Assembly (NCBI GenBank): GCA_047517965.1
Contig: JAKZRU010000006.1
Span: forward strand, 8,445 to 72,444
From: Gammaproteobacteria bacterium
GTDB lineage: Bacteria; Pseudomonadota; Gammaproteobacteria; Arenicellales; JAJDZL01
Direction of reading: 5' to 3'
DNA length: 64,000 nt
The position numbers were made by a program, and so were the translations under genes. Of the stretch, positions 9,318 to 19,958 are shown in pieces (the first letter of the stretch is position 1; each line of letters opens with the position of its first letter). The notes below the pieces were generated by a model. It was not told where the DNA came from and searched no databases. It worked only from the letters and a program-made list of their open reading frames with translations.

Positions 9318-11555
9318 TCAAGAGAAATCGACAGGGTCTACATCCAGACTCCATCGCAACTTACCTTTCTTTGGCAACTTATCCAGCTTCGCCATCCAAT
9401 CGCCTAAAAACTGTCTTAGAACAACTGAATTCTCGCCTGTTGTGAGAAGCTGGGCTCGATATCTATTGGAAATTTTTTGTATCGGAGACTGTACTATATC
9501 AAATACTTCCACACCTTGATAAGCATCTCCACCCAACAGGCTTAATGCGCTGCGGTGCGCTTTTTTCAGAAATACAATTTCTTCACCGTGCTGCATGGAA
9601 TTCGCACGAAGCAAGGCGTAGTTCGAATAGGGAGGTTGTTTGGCTTCTTCCCTATTTTTCAATTCCAGCGCAGCAAAAGCCAGATAGTCGTGGTTTCGTA
9701 TGCAGTCAAAAAACTTGCTTTCCGGGTGGGATGTTTGAATAAATACATCGCCAGGCTTTTCTACTCGTCCGGCTCGTCCGGCAACCTGCAACACCTGCTG
9801 AACCATCTGTTCCATTGCTCGAAAATCAATGCTATAGAACCCCTGGTCCACATTCAATACTCCAACCAGAGTGACGTTGGGAAAGTGATGCCCCTTTGAA
9901 AGCATCTGAGTTCCGACGAGAACATCCACTTCGCCCTTTTGAATACGTTTGAATTTGTGTTCGAATTCAGCATATGAATGGGTAGTATCTCGGTCAATTC
10001 GCATAATCCGTGCCCCTGGCAGCCTGTTCTGCAATGTCTGTTCAACTCTCTGCGTTCCCTGTTGAAGCAGCTCGACATGATGAGACTTACAGTTGGGGCA
10101 CTTTTGCACGAACTCCGCCCTGATCAGACAATGGTGGCAATGAAGCCTGTTGTCGGACGCATGAAATATCAGGTTTGCGTCGCAGTTGTTGCACTTTGCA
10201 ACCCATTTACAGTCATAGCAGATGATTACTGGTGCATACCCACGCCGATTGATGAATATCAGGCTCTGCTCGCCGCGTTCGATCCGATTGTTGATTTCAT
10301 TCAACATCGTAACAGCAATTCCGTTATACGCGGCTGATCGGCTGAGATCAATCAATTTCACCGCAGGCATTTCGACATTGGTGGCACGCTGAGGTAGTTC
10401 CAGAGTCTCGACGCGACCGCTACGAGCGGCATGTACGGTTTCCAGTGAAGGAGTTGCGGTTCCGCACAAGATTGGGAAATTGCCGATGGCTGCACGATAG
10501 ATCGACACTGCGCGAGCATGATAGCGGGCCCTTTCCTGTTGTTTGAAAGAAGTATCGTGTTCCTCGTCAATTACGATCATTGCAAGAGCCTTGAATGGTA
10601 AAAATACTGCTGATCTGGTACCGATGACAACCTGCGCCTGACCGGAACGCGCAAGCCACCAAGTCCGATGACGCTGCGCATCCGTCAATCCGGAATGGTA
10701 GGAGGAAACCGGTATTCCCAACGCATGTCGAACGCGCTGTTCCAATTGCGGAGTTAGTCCGATTTCGGGTACTAGCATCAATGCCTGTCCGCCGCTTTCC
10801 AATACCTTGCAAATCGCTTGAAGGTAGACTTCGGTTTTACCACTACCTGTAACACCCTGAATAAGAAAGCTTTGGTAGTGATTCAGACTGCTCAATATGC
10901 GGTCGAGTGCGGCAATCTGAGCAAACGTCAAGTCTTGGATCAAGTTCATCTCGCAACGGTGTCCGTGATGAACTAAAGGTTCCGCCAACACCCAATGTTT
11001 TGCTATCAGTTGTCGAAGTGCCGACCGCCAACTGCTTCCGGCCATCTTTAGCTGATCCTTACCAACGATATCCTTGCTGGCTTTCAACAGTTCAACGATC
11101 GCTCTCTGAACGCGAGCGTGTGAGAATTCGACAGGATTAATGTTCAAGCCCAGGTCTGACAGCCGGTAACCCATCTCAAATTTCGGTTGCATTGGGCGAC
11201 CGTAGCGAATCGCTTGCGGAAGTGCAGACCAAAGTATCTCTCCAATCGGTTGCTGGTAGTACTCCGAAGTCCAGCGCACGGTGCGAAGCAGGTTCGTTGA
11301 GATAGCAGGCTCATCATCAAGAACGGACTGAATCGCTCGAATCTTTTCTTTCGGCAAATGCGATTCTTGCGCATGTTCTACGACGATGCCGACTCTGCTC
11401 TGTTTGTCAAATGGAATGATGACGCGACTTCCAACCGGCACTTCCGCCAATGAATTACACTTGTAGTCAAACAGGCTCATGTGCCGTATTGGCACTGCGA
11501 CTCGAACAATTCCGCTCAATCGATTACCTGATTTTCGCAGTAAAATTCCATGCAC
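9318..11555 (-). CDS. priA: primosomal replication protein N' (PriA helicase)
   Basis: 745 aa with Walker A 'GVTGSGKTEVY', 'DEEHD' and the Cys-rich zinc region 'CYDCKWVAKCNNCDANLIFH...HCHHC'. Confidence 0.95.
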   Translation of the reverse strand: MHGILLRKSGNRLSGIVRVAVPIRHMSLFDYKCNSLAEVPVGSRVIIPFDKQSRVGIVVEHAQESHLPKEKIRAIQSVLDDEPAISTNLLRTVRWTSEYYQQPIGEILWSALPQAIRYGRPMQPKFEMGYRLSDLGLNINPVEFSHARVQRAIVELLKASKDIVGKDQLKMAGSSWRSALRQLIAKHWVLAEPLVHHGHRCEMNLIQDLTFAQIAALDRILSSLNHYQSFLIQGVTGSGKTEVYLQAICKVLESGGQALMLVPEIGLTPQLEQRVRHALGIPVSSYHSGLTDAQRHRTWWLARSGQAQVVIGTRSAVFLPFKALAMIVIDEEHDTSFKQQERARYHARAVSIYRAAIGNFPILCGTATPSLETVHAARSGRVETLELPQRATNVEMPAVKLIDLSRSAAYNGIAVTMLNEINNRIERGEQSLIFINRRGYAPVIICYDCKWVAKCNNCDANLIFHASDNRLHCHHCLIRAEFVQKCPNCKSHHVELLQQGTQRVEQTLQNRLPGARIMRIDRDTTHSYAEFEHKFKRIQKGEVDVLVGTQMLSKGHHFPNVTLVGVLNVDQGFYSIDFRAMEQMVQQVLQVAGRAGRVEKPGDVFIQTSHPESKFFDCIRNHDYLAFAALELKNREEAKQPPYSNYALLRANSMQHGEEIVFLKKAHRSALSLLGGDAYQGVEVFDIVQSPIQKISNRYRAQLLTTGENSVVLRQFLGDWMAKLDKLPKKGKLRWSLDVDPVDFS

Positions 11556-11639
11556 ACTCCTGATTCCTGCAGCTATTGAATAAATTTAATTGGAGATTTT
11601 TAAGCACGGATTACATCCGCCGAACAAACCGAAACTGAA

Positions 11640-12518
11640 ATGCATGGATTGAACATCAACAAGTCTCCCTGGGCTGAAATTTCACGATCTCTTGACTGTG
11701 AAATTCTGGACATAAGGAGGCGCTCCGACAATGAATTTAACCAAACCTGTGCCATTCACTGCTCATCCCAAGACTACTTCGTCAAACTGAGTTCGAACAT
11801 AGATAGTTTAGAGGCGGAGGAAGACGGGCTCAAAGCCCTTGCCGATTCGAAAGCAATTCGAGTGCCCAAACCGATTCTATCCGGCACAACCAATTCCGGT
11901 GGTTTTCTGGTCACTGAATTATTGAATCTACACATGGCAAAACCCTCATTTCCAACACTTGCCCAAGACCTGATCGCACTTCATCGTACGACCGGAACTA
12001 ATTTCGGCTGGCATCGCGATAACTACATTGGCGGCTCTCGTCAACAAAACCCTTTCTGCAATAGCTGGACGGAATTCTTCCGCGATTCTCGACTCGGTTA
12101 CCAACTCATTCTGGCGCAAAAAAACGGATACAGTTTCAGTCTGCAGACACTCGGCCAGCAGGTGTTGTCGGGCCTCCCGGAGATTCTCAATCATCACGAT
12201 CCTGTTCCTTCTCTGGTTCACGGCGACCTGTGGCAAGGCAACTGCGGCTTCACTACAGATGGTGTCCCAGTAATCTATGATCCCGCAATCTATTACGGAG
12301 ATCGCGAGACTGATCTGGCGATGAGTCGGTTATTCGGTGGATTTCCGCAAGCATTCTACGATGCTTGCCAAGAGGCTTGGCCACTGGACCCAGGCTGGGA
12401 AGTGCGTCAACTCGTCTACAACCTCTACCACATACTGAATCACCTGAACCTATTCGGTCGAACTTACCTGCAACAGGCGGAAGCCACTGCTCGAAAGATT
12501 TTAAGCGAGATTCGCTAA
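11640..12518 (+). CDS. fructosamine/ketosamine kinase family protein
   Basis: 292 aa. 'LVHGDLWQGNCGF' and 'DPAIYYGDRETDLAM' match the family's catalytic loop and DFG-like region. Confidence 0.85.
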   Translation: MHGLNINKSPWAEISRSLDCEILDIRRRSDNEFNQTCAIHCSSQDYFVKLSSNIDSLEAEEDGLKALADSKAIRVPKPILSGTTNSGGFLVTELLNLHMAKPSFPTLAQDLIALHRTTGTNFGWHRDNYIGGSRQQNPFCNSWTEFFRDSRLGYQLILAQKNGYSFSLQTLGQQVLSGLPEILNHHDPVPSLVHGDLWQGNCGFTTDGVPVIYDPAIYYGDRETDLAMSRLFGGFPQAFYDACQEAWPLDPGWEVRQLVYNLYHILNHLNLFGRTYLQQAEATARKILSEIR

Positions 12519-12551
12519 ACCTTTTAGCGGCGATCTGATTTGCGACTTGTT

Positions 12552-13082
12552 TCACCTTATAATGTGGTCTACAAACGGCCGCAGGTCATTTATCCTGCGG
12601 CATTCAAAATATTGCAGCAAACTCTCACGTACAACCTGAAAAGCCAATTCGTCCCAGGGAATTTCATCTTCTGCGAATAGTTTTGCCTCCAGACTTTCTT
12701 CCCCTGGCGAAAAGTCTGGCGTCTTCAGATGTGCACGAAAAATGACGTATACCTGACTTACATGGGGAATGTTATATATCGCAAACAATTCATCGATGTG
12801 TGCAGCTGCCTGTGCCTCCTCAAGCGTTTCTCGCATAGCTGCATCGTTGATCGTCTCGCCAAGCTCCATGAATCCGGCCGGTATGGTCCACAATCCCATT
12901 CTCGGTTCAATCGCTCTTCGGCAGAGAAGAATTTTCTCTTCCCATTGAACGATACAACCAGCAACAATTTTCGGGTTCTGATAGTGAACAGATTCACATT
13001 CATCACAAACGAAACGCTGCAGATTGTCGCCTTGGGGGATTTTCAAAGACACATGTCCGCCGCAGTAGCTGCAAAAATTCAT
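12552..13082 (-). CDS. NUDIX hydrolase with N-terminal zinc ribbon
   Basis: 176 aa with a CxxC...CxxC pair (CSYCGG...CDEC) and the Nudix box 'GFMELGETINDAAMRETLEEA'. Confidence 0.85.
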   Translation of the reverse strand: MNFCSYCGGHVSLKIPQGDNLQRFVCDECESVHYQNPKIVAGCIVQWEEKILLCRRAIEPRMGLWTIPAGFMELGETINDAAMRETLEEAQAAAHIDELFAIYNIPHVSQVYVIFRAHLKTPDFSPGEESLEAKLFAEDEIPWDELAFQVVRESLLQYFECRRINDLRPFVDHIIR

Positions 13083-13174
13083 TTCTCTTAACTATTTTTG
13101 ATTAATTCACGTACGCAAACATTGCGTTACAGTATACCCGGCAGTCTCTGAATCATTGATGTTCACGTTGTGAC

Positions 13175-14107
13175 ATGACAACAATATTGATCACCATTCC
13201 GTTTTTTGCCGTAATTGCCTGTGGATTTTTTGCGACGCGGCGAAAAATCATCAATTCGGCAGGCAGAGCCGGCCTGAATCTCTTTGTATACTATTTTGCG
13301 CTTCCGGTACTCATTTTTTCGCTTATGGCGCAGGCGGACCTTCGCGGAGAATTCCAGTTGATATTCGTTGCCGCCTATCTGTCCGTTGCTCTCGGCCTGT
13401 TCGCTGTCTCGCTAATCGTGGCACGTTTAGTCTTCCGGCTTGAGACTAGTTTCGGGGTTGTATTTGCCACTGCATGTATTTATGGAAACACTGGATATTT
13501 TGGACTGCCTTTTGTAATTATCGCTTTTGGCCAACAAGCAAGCGTGCCAGTTGTTGTTTGCACCACATTTGATTTAGCCGTAATGCTTCCATTGGCTTCT
13601 GTTCTTCTGGAAAAGACAAAAGCCTCATCAGCCGCTTCACTGAGCCAAGTGTACAAGAAGTCCATGCAGTCTGTCGCACAAAACCCACTGATACTCGCAG
13701 CAGTTCTCGGTGCGTTGTTCTCGGTTTCAGGAATTCAAATGCCGGAAGTTGCGGATCGATTTATACTGTTGCTCGGCTCTGCTGCCGCTCCCTGTGCTCT
13801 ATTTGCGCTTGGATCAAGCATGGATGAAGAAAGAGCAAATTTCTTTCAAGGCGAAATTTTCGTCATCAGCTTCATCAAACTTGCCATCCATCCTCTGATT
13901 ATCTGGATTGCAATGTTTCATCTGTACCCGGTTGACCACGATTGGGCAAGAAGCGCAGTCATTGCTGCATCGATGCCCGTCGCAGTAACTGCCTATATAC
14001 TGGCTACGCAATACAATACTTATGTTGGTCGTACTTCGGCTTCAATATTGATGTCAACCGTCCTTTCCGTAGCAACTTTGTCGTTCATACTTGGTCAGAT
14101 AACCTGA
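13175..14107 (+). CDS. AEC (auxin efflux carrier) family transporter
   Basis: 310 aa with about 10 hydrophobic segments in a 5+5 layout and a central hydrophilic loop, typical of the AEC family. Confidence 0.7.
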   Translation: MTTILITIPFFAVIACGFFATRRKIINSAGRAGLNLFVYYFALPVLIFSLMAQADLRGEFQLIFVAAYLSVALGLFAVSLIVARLVFRLETSFGVVFATACIYGNTGYFGLPFVIIAFGQQASVPVVVCTTFDLAVMLPLASVLLEKTKASSAASLSQVYKKSMQSVAQNPLILAAVLGALFSVSGIQMPEVADRFILLLGSAAAPCALFALGSSMDEERANFFQGEIFVISFIKLAIHPLIIWIAMFHLYPVDHDWARSAVIAASMPVAVTAYILATQYNTYVGRTSASILMSTVLSVATLSFILGQIT

Positions 14108-14132
14108 CACACACTGCTTAGTATCAAAGAAT

Positions 14133-14852
14133 ATGAAACTGCTGGTCGACATCGGCAATCAGAATCTGAAGTGGTCATTCGGCGAGGCTCTCGGCTCATT
14201 TCCATCATCGCTTGCAAAATTTGCGGACAACTTCGACAAGTGCTTTGGTCAGCTCGAAAACGTAACCGATCTTGCATTCGTCAATGTAGCTGGACGAAAT
14301 ACAGAGAATATTCTGAAAGACCTGACAAGAACGAAGTGGGGGATACATGCTACTAAAGTTCTTCCTGCTCTTGAGCAATGCGGTGTAAGGAATGGCTATC
14401 GCAATATCAATGAACTTGGTGCGGACAGATGGGCCGCGCTTGTTGGAGCATGGTCACTTAACTCAACAGCGTCCATTGTCGTAGACTGCGGTACAGCAAT
14501 TACCATTGATGCGCTCTCTTTCGACGGCGAATTTGTTGGCGGCTCGATTGTTCCTGGCTTTCGACTTTCTCAAGGCGCGCTTTGGCGCAACGCACCCGGG
14601 ATAGAAGAATTTGTTGATCTGAATCCCGCCTTGCCCGCTCGTTCAACAATTGAAGCTGTATCCAGCGGTGTTGTCTACGGAATAGTCGGCGGTGTCGATC
14701 GGTTGATCGAAAAATACCGCAACATTGTTGGTGGAGAGTCGCAACTAGTTCTAACTGGCGGTGATGCGCAATTCGTACAAAAGAATTCAACTTTCAAGTT
14801 TTTGTCTGTCCCCCACCTTGTGTTATTTGGAATTGACGTGATTGCTGGTTGA
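14133..14852 (+). CDS. coaX: type III pantothenate kinase
   Basis: 239 aa. The N-terminal 'LLVDIGNQNLKW' (DxGNT-type phosphate-1 motif) together with 'GADRWAA' and 'VVDCGTAITID' match the CoaX/ASKHA pattern. Confidence 0.9.
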   Translation: MKLLVDIGNQNLKWSFGEALGSFPSSLAKFADNFDKCFGQLENVTDLAFVNVAGRNTENILKDLTRTKWGIHATKVLPALEQCGVRNGYRNINELGADRWAALVGAWSLNSTASIVVDCGTAITIDALSFDGEFVGGSIVPGFRLSQGALWRNAPGIEEFVDLNPALPARSTIEAVSSGVVYGIVGGVDRLIEKYRNIVGGESQLVLTGGDAQFVQKNSTFKFLSVPHLVLFGIDVIAG

Positions 14853-15259
14853 GTCTGGGAAATCCATTGTCATCAAGTTAGGTTGCTCAAGCTGCGGTGG
14901 ACGAAGGTGACACATCATTGATTCAAACTCTATGCACAAGACCCTAAGGAAAACTTCTCAAGGAATATAAGTCAGTGAGAAATCTTGGTGCCGAGGAATT
15001 TAGCTGATAATTCACTCTCCAACGAACTTGTCTCAACTATGAGTATTCTTCTGAACCATTTTGCATATTTCATCCTGCAGTCTTGCTGTAAAATTTTGTC
15101 GTTATCAAGACAAAAAACAGTGTGACTCTGCAAGGATTTGATTGACACGGACGTTTGATAACGGGTTTTATAAAAATTTGCCGGCCTGTATGTGGATCAA
15201 TATCCAAGGAAATTATTTAGCGGCCTCTATATGCCGCCTGGGTCAATTCATTACGATAA

Positions 15260-16417
15260 TTGATTGCTGAAACTGTGCTGCGTAGCCCACTTCACGAACT
15301 ACACGTCGAGCTTGGAGCGAAATTGGGGCCATTCGCAGGCTATGAAATGCCTATTTGGTACCCTGAAAAAATCATATCGGAGCACAATCACACCAGAAAC
15401 CAAGCCAGTCTGTTTGACATCTCTCACATGGGACAAGCCAGTATTGCAGGCGACAATGCGGCACGGGCGCTTGAACGGCTGATTCCTACGGATCTTGTGA
15501 GTCTGCCTACAAACAAAATGCATTACTGCTGTTTGACAGACACGCAGGGCGGCATTCTGGATGACCTTGTGATCGCGAATCTGGGGCAAGATTATTTCCT
15601 CGTAATGAATGCTGCTCGTAAAGAGCATGACCTGAAACATCTGCGAGACAACATAACCACAGCCGCAGTCGTTGAGCATACAGAAAATGCACTCATTGCT
15701 TTGCAAGGCCCTATGGCAATCGAAGTTCTGAATCGATTTCATCCGCATATAACCGATCTGGATTTCATGACGATAGCGGATTTCGAGATCAATGGAGTGC
15801 CTTGCTTCGTTAGCCGGTCTGGCTACACCGGAGAAGATGGATTTGAGATTTCGATGCCCGCCATATCGGCGTTGGCACTCACGAGAACTTTATTGAATGA
15901 ACCCGAAGTGAAGCCAGCTGGCCTCGGAGCACGAGATTCACTCCGGTTGGAGGCGGGTTTACGTTTGTACGGGCAGGATATGAATACAGCAACTACGCCG
16001 GTCGAAGCGGGCATTCAGTGGACAATTTCAAAGTCTCGTCGTGCTGGCGGAGATCGAGCCGGCGGATTTCCGGGAGCAGGCCGCATTTTTGATCAGCTGG
16101 CAAATGGCTCCGAACGCCGTTTCGTCGGCATGAGGCTCACAACCAACGCCCCTGCGCGAACCGGAGCAGAAATATGCTCGGAAGATGGAAGAAAAATTGG
16201 CGAAGTAACCAGTGGAATGTTTTCGCCATCGCTGAAGGTGCCGATTGCAATGGGATATATTGATCGGCAATTCTCCAGGCCAGACAACGAAGTGAGCATT
16301 CTGATACGAGGCAAGCAACACCCAACGAAAGTTGTCAAATTACCATTTGTCAAACATCGCTATCACCATCATATAAAACTGCAACCTGACTCCAATGGAG
16401 GAGATCGCCATGTCTGA
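15260..16417 (+). CDS. gcvT: glycine cleavage system aminomethyltransferase (T protein)
   Basis: 385 aa. 'SPLHELHVELGAKLGPFAGYEMPIWY...LFDISHMGQ...SRSGYTGEDGFEI' is the canonical GcvT pattern. The ORF starts at TTG (15260), with an alternative GTG at 15275. Confidence 0.93.
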   Translation: MIAETVLRSPLHELHVELGAKLGPFAGYEMPIWYPEKIISEHNHTRNQASLFDISHMGQASIAGDNAARALERLIPTDLVSLPTNKMHYCCLTDTQGGILDDLVIANLGQDYFLVMNAARKEHDLKHLRDNITTAAVVEHTENALIALQGPMAIEVLNRFHPHITDLDFMTIADFEINGVPCFVSRSGYTGEDGFEISMPAISALALTRTLLNEPEVKPAGLGARDSLRLEAGLRLYGQDMNTATTPVEAGIQWTISKSRRAGGDRAGGFPGAGRIFDQLANGSERRFVGMRLTTNAPARTGAEICSEDGRKIGEVTSGMFSPSLKVPIAMGYIDRQFSRPDNEVSILIRGKQHPTKVVKLPFVKHRYHHHIKLQPDSNGGDRHV

Positions 16418-16790
16418 AACACGCTATACGACTGATCACGAATGGGCAAGAAGTGAAGAAGACGGAATTGCCACAATCGGAATCACCGAATTTGCCCAAG
16501 AACAGCTCGGTGACATCGTTTTTATTGATTTGCCTGAAACAGGATCAATATTCGATGCCGGAGAAGAAATCGCGGTGATCGAGTCAGTGAAAGCCGCTGC
16601 TGATCTGAAGACTCCGGTGACTGGCGAAATTGTTGAAGTCAATGAAGAACTTACAGACTCCCCGGAATTGGTAAACGAAAGCCCGACGGATGAAGGCTGG
16701 TTCTGTAAAATTCAAATGTCGGAAACATCAGAATTTGACGCGCTTATGGATGAGCAGCAATACGAAGATTACACTTCCAACCTAGAGTAA
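16410..16790 (+). CDS. gcvH: glycine cleavage system H protein
   Basis: 'YTTDHEWAR' and the lipoyl-lysine motif 'IESVKAAADL' are present. I prefer the ATG at 16410 because the GGAGGA RBS lies 8 nt upstream and it overlaps the gcvT stop. The ORF track begins at 16395. Confidence 0.93.
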   Translation: MSETRYTTDHEWARSEEDGIATIGITEFAQEQLGDIVFIDLPETGSIFDAGEEIAVIESVKAAADLKTPVTGEIVEVNEELTDSPELVNESPTDEGWFCKIQMSETSEFDALMDEQQYEDYTSNLE

Positions 16791-16812
16791 ATTACACGGA
16801 ACAGTTAGCTTT

Positions 16813-19749
16813 ATGTCCCTTGAATCCAACGACAGTCAGTATGACAGTATACAAACCTTAAACGAACTAGAACTCACCAACGACTTTGTCAGAAGGCATA
16901 TCGGGCCTGGGCCTGTACAGGTCCAACAGATGCTGGAGAAGCTTGGAGTTGATTCTCTAGACGAGTTGATTGATCAAACAGTTCCAAAGAAACTCCAATC
17001 CAACAAACCTCTGCATCTGCCGTTTCCTGCAGGAGAAAACGAAACTATCAGCTACATTCGCCGTATGCGCGAAAGAAATCATGTATTTACCTCAATGATT
17101 GGCATGGGATACCATGCGACCGTTCTTCCGGGCGTGATTCGAAGAAATATTCTTGAAGATCCAGGCTGGTACACCGCCTACACGCCATACCAGGCTGAGG
17201 TGAGTCAAGGCAGACTGGAAGCACTGCTTGTTTTCCAGGAGATGGTAACCGATCTTACCGGAATGGAGATCGCCAATGCATCTTTACTTGACGAGGCAAC
17301 TGCCGCGGCCGAAGCCATGGCAATGTCAAAACGAATTTCCAAAACCAAGTCTCAGAAATTCCTAGTTTCTGACGACTGCCATCCGCAGACAATTGCTGTT
17401 GTCGAAACACGTGCAAACTCATTGAATTTCGAGGTCATCGTTGGCGACATCGAATCGCTGGTGAATTCCGAAGAAGAATATTTTGGCATTCTGTTTCAAT
17501 ATCCAGGTTCAACCGGGCGAGTATTTGACATAACCCGTGTGGTAGAAGTGGCGCATGAGCGAAAAGCCATTGTGACCGTCGCCTCTGATTTGCTGGCGTT
17601 GTGCCTGTTTAAGCCACCAGGTGAGTTTGGCGCAGACATCGTAGTAGGTAACACCCAGCGCTTCGGCGTGCCTATGGCCTATGGCGGCCCCCATGCTGCC
17701 TACTTGGCCACGCGTCACGACTACAGACGAACGCTTCCGGGAAGGCTGATTGGCGTTTCAGTGGACAGCCGTGGTAAAACTGCACTTCGAATGGCACTAC
17801 AGACACGTGAACAGCACATCCGACGTGACAAAGCAACCAGCAACATATGCACTGCACAGGTTCTGCTTGCAATAGTCGCCGCATTTTACGCGGTCTACCA
17901 TGGTCCCGAAGGATTGAAGAACATTGCGTCCAAAATTCACCGGTTCACACTTATTACTGCGGAGGGATTGCGCCAACTAGGTTACAAAGTCATACATGAT
18001 GTGGTTTTCGACACCTTAATGGTCAATGCTCATGGACAAGCACGCAGAATTGCCGCCAGGGCTCGTGAATCAAGAATTAATTTGCGAGTGATCGATGCTG
18101 ACCACATCGGCATTACACTAGATGAAACCACCAAACGAGTTCATCTCGAAAGACTGTGGGCAATTTTCGATACCCGCGCGAATGCAAAAATTACTATTGA
18201 CCAGTTGGACGCAGTTGTCAAAGACGTCATACCGGAGAATTTGAGCCGGACAAGTTCCTATCTGACACATCCCACTTTCAGTCTATATCAATCGGAAACC
18301 CTGATGTTGCGATACATTCGGCAACTCGGACAAAAAGACATCGCATTGAACCGGTCGATGATTCCACTGGGCTCATGCACCATGAAACTGAATTCAACGA
18401 CTGAAATGACGCCGGTTACATTTCACAAATTCAGCGCCATTCATCCATTCGCGCCATTGGATCAAACGCAAGGCTACCATCAACTGGTGGAAGAACTGGA
18501 AACGATGTTGTGTGAAATTACCGGATTCGATGCGATTTCTTTTCAGCCAAATGCGGGCTCCCAAGGAGAATACACCGGATTGCTTTGCATCAAGAAATAC
18601 CTTCAGCAACAAGGCGAAGGTCATCGCAACGTCTGCCTTATTCCGGAATCCGCGCACGGCACCAATCCTGCCAGCGCTGCTTTGGCCGGTTTACGCGTAG
18701 TCGTCGTGAAGTGTGACAAAATGGGCAACGTCGACGTTGCCGATCTCAAAGCAAAGCTAGAGAAACATCAAAACGAAGTTGCCGCATTGATGATTACCTA
18801 TCCATCAACCCATGGCGTGTTTGAAGAACAAATTATCGATATATGCGATCTGGTTCACGAATTCGGTGCGCAGGTTTACCTAGATGGTGCAAACATGAAC
18901 GCGTTGGTCGGTATATGCCTTCCTGCCGAATTTGGAGCAGATGTCGCACACATCAACCTGCATAAGACTTTCTGTATCCCGCACGGCGGAGGCGGTCCGG
19001 GAATGGGGCCGATTGGAGTGAAGAGCCACCTTTCGCCTTTTCTGCCAGATCACTGTGTGGTTGAAGGCGTTAACCCCTATGCAGGACGTGAACCGACCAT
19101 TGGCAGTGTATCAGCGGCGCCGTGGGGTTCGGCGGGCATACTTCCAATCTCGTGGGCTTACATTTCAATGATGGGGGCTGAGGGACTCCGCTATGCCACT
19201 GAAATTGCCATCTTGAATGCAAACTACATGGCAAAAAGACTGCAGCCGCATTATCCGATACTGTATCGAGGGCGAAATGATCGCGTCGCACATGAATGCA
19301 TCATTGATTTACGCCAGATCAAAAAAAACACCGGCATCACTGTTGAAGATGTAGCCAAACGCTTGATTGATTTTGGTTTTCACGCTCCAACAGTTTCCTT
19401 TCCGGTAGCCGATACGATGATGATTGAGCCAACGGAAAGCGAAGCAAAGCGCGAAATAGATCGATTCTGCGATGCGATGATTCAGATTCGCAGTGAGATT
19501 ACCGATATTGAGTCAGGCGATTCCGACACTGAAAACAATCCATTGAAAAACGCACCACATACCTTTGATTTGCTCGTTCAGGAAAACTGGGAGTTGCCTT
19601 ACACAAGGCAGGAAGCATTCTTTCCGTTGGAATGGGTCTGGCACGACAAGTACTGGCCGCCAGTCAGTAGAATTGATAATGTTTATGGTGACCGTTATAT
19701 CGTCTGCAGCTGCCCGCCTCTTTCTGAGTGGGCAGAAGAAGAAAGCTAA
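16813..19749 (+). CDS. gcvP: glycine dehydrogenase (decarboxylating), P protein
   Basis: 978 aa, single-chain P protein, with the PLP-lysine region 'NLHKTFCIPHGGGGPGMGP' and 'ESAHGTNPASA'. Confidence 0.96.
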   Translation: MSLESNDSQYDSIQTLNELELTNDFVRRHIGPGPVQVQQMLEKLGVDSLDELIDQTVPKKLQSNKPLHLPFPAGENETISYIRRMRERNHVFTSMIGMGYHATVLPGVIRRNILEDPGWYTAYTPYQAEVSQGRLEALLVFQEMVTDLTGMEIANASLLDEATAAAEAMAMSKRISKTKSQKFLVSDDCHPQTIAVVETRANSLNFEVIVGDIESLVNSEEEYFGILFQYPGSTGRVFDITRVVEVAHERKAIVTVASDLLALCLFKPPGEFGADIVVGNTQRFGVPMAYGGPHAAYLATRHDYRRTLPGRLIGVSVDSRGKTALRMALQTREQHIRRDKATSNICTAQVLLAIVAAFYAVYHGPEGLKNIASKIHRFTLITAEGLRQLGYKVIHDVVFDTLMVNAHGQARRIAARARESRINLRVIDADHIGITLDETTKRVHLERLWAIFDTRANAKITIDQLDAVVKDVIPENLSRTSSYLTHPTFSLYQSETLMLRYIRQLGQKDIALNRSMIPLGSCTMKLNSTTEMTPVTFHKFSAIHPFAPLDQTQGYHQLVEELETMLCEITGFDAISFQPNAGSQGEYTGLLCIKKYLQQQGEGHRNVCLIPESAHGTNPASAALAGLRVVVVKCDKMGNVDVADLKAKLEKHQNEVAALMITYPSTHGVFEEQIIDICDLVHEFGAQVYLDGANMNALVGICLPAEFGADVAHINLHKTFCIPHGGGGPGMGPIGVKSHLSPFLPDHCVVEGVNPYAGREPTIGSVSAAPWGSAGILPISWAYISMMGAEGLRYATEIAILNANYMAKRLQPHYPILYRGRNDRVAHECIIDLRQIKKNTGITVEDVAKRLIDFGFHAPTVSFPVADTMMIEPTESEAKREIDRFCDAMIQIRSEITDIESGDSDTENNPLKNAPHTFDLLVQENWELPYTRQEAFFPLEWVWHDKYWPPVSRIDNVYGDRYIVCSCPPLSEWAEEES

Positions 19750-19815
19750 TACCCGTCAGACTGAAGAAAACGATCGACTCTGTTTGCCGCTATTGACGTA
19801 GGGTATAAGGCAAGT

Positions 19816-19958
19816 TTAGTGATGAACGATTTGCTTTGCTGATTTCAACAAAGCTTTCATTTATGATGAATACTTGATGGTGCACTTTCAACAAATTCTT
19901 CGTGATTTTTCTCAATGTTACTGAGCTTGTTCAGATAGTTCACGATCAAGGCGAATGA
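19816..19958 (-). pseudogene. 3'-terminal fragment (about codons 419-468) of malonyl-CoA decarboxylase
   Basis: The minus-strand frame reads 'SFALIVNYLNKLSNIEKNHEEFVESAPSSIHHK*'. The intact copy at 22598..24004 reads 'SFGLMVNYQYKLSNIEKNHEEYVEIGTIKYSS...'. The DNA is visibly alignable to 22598-22740. Confidence 0.8.
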
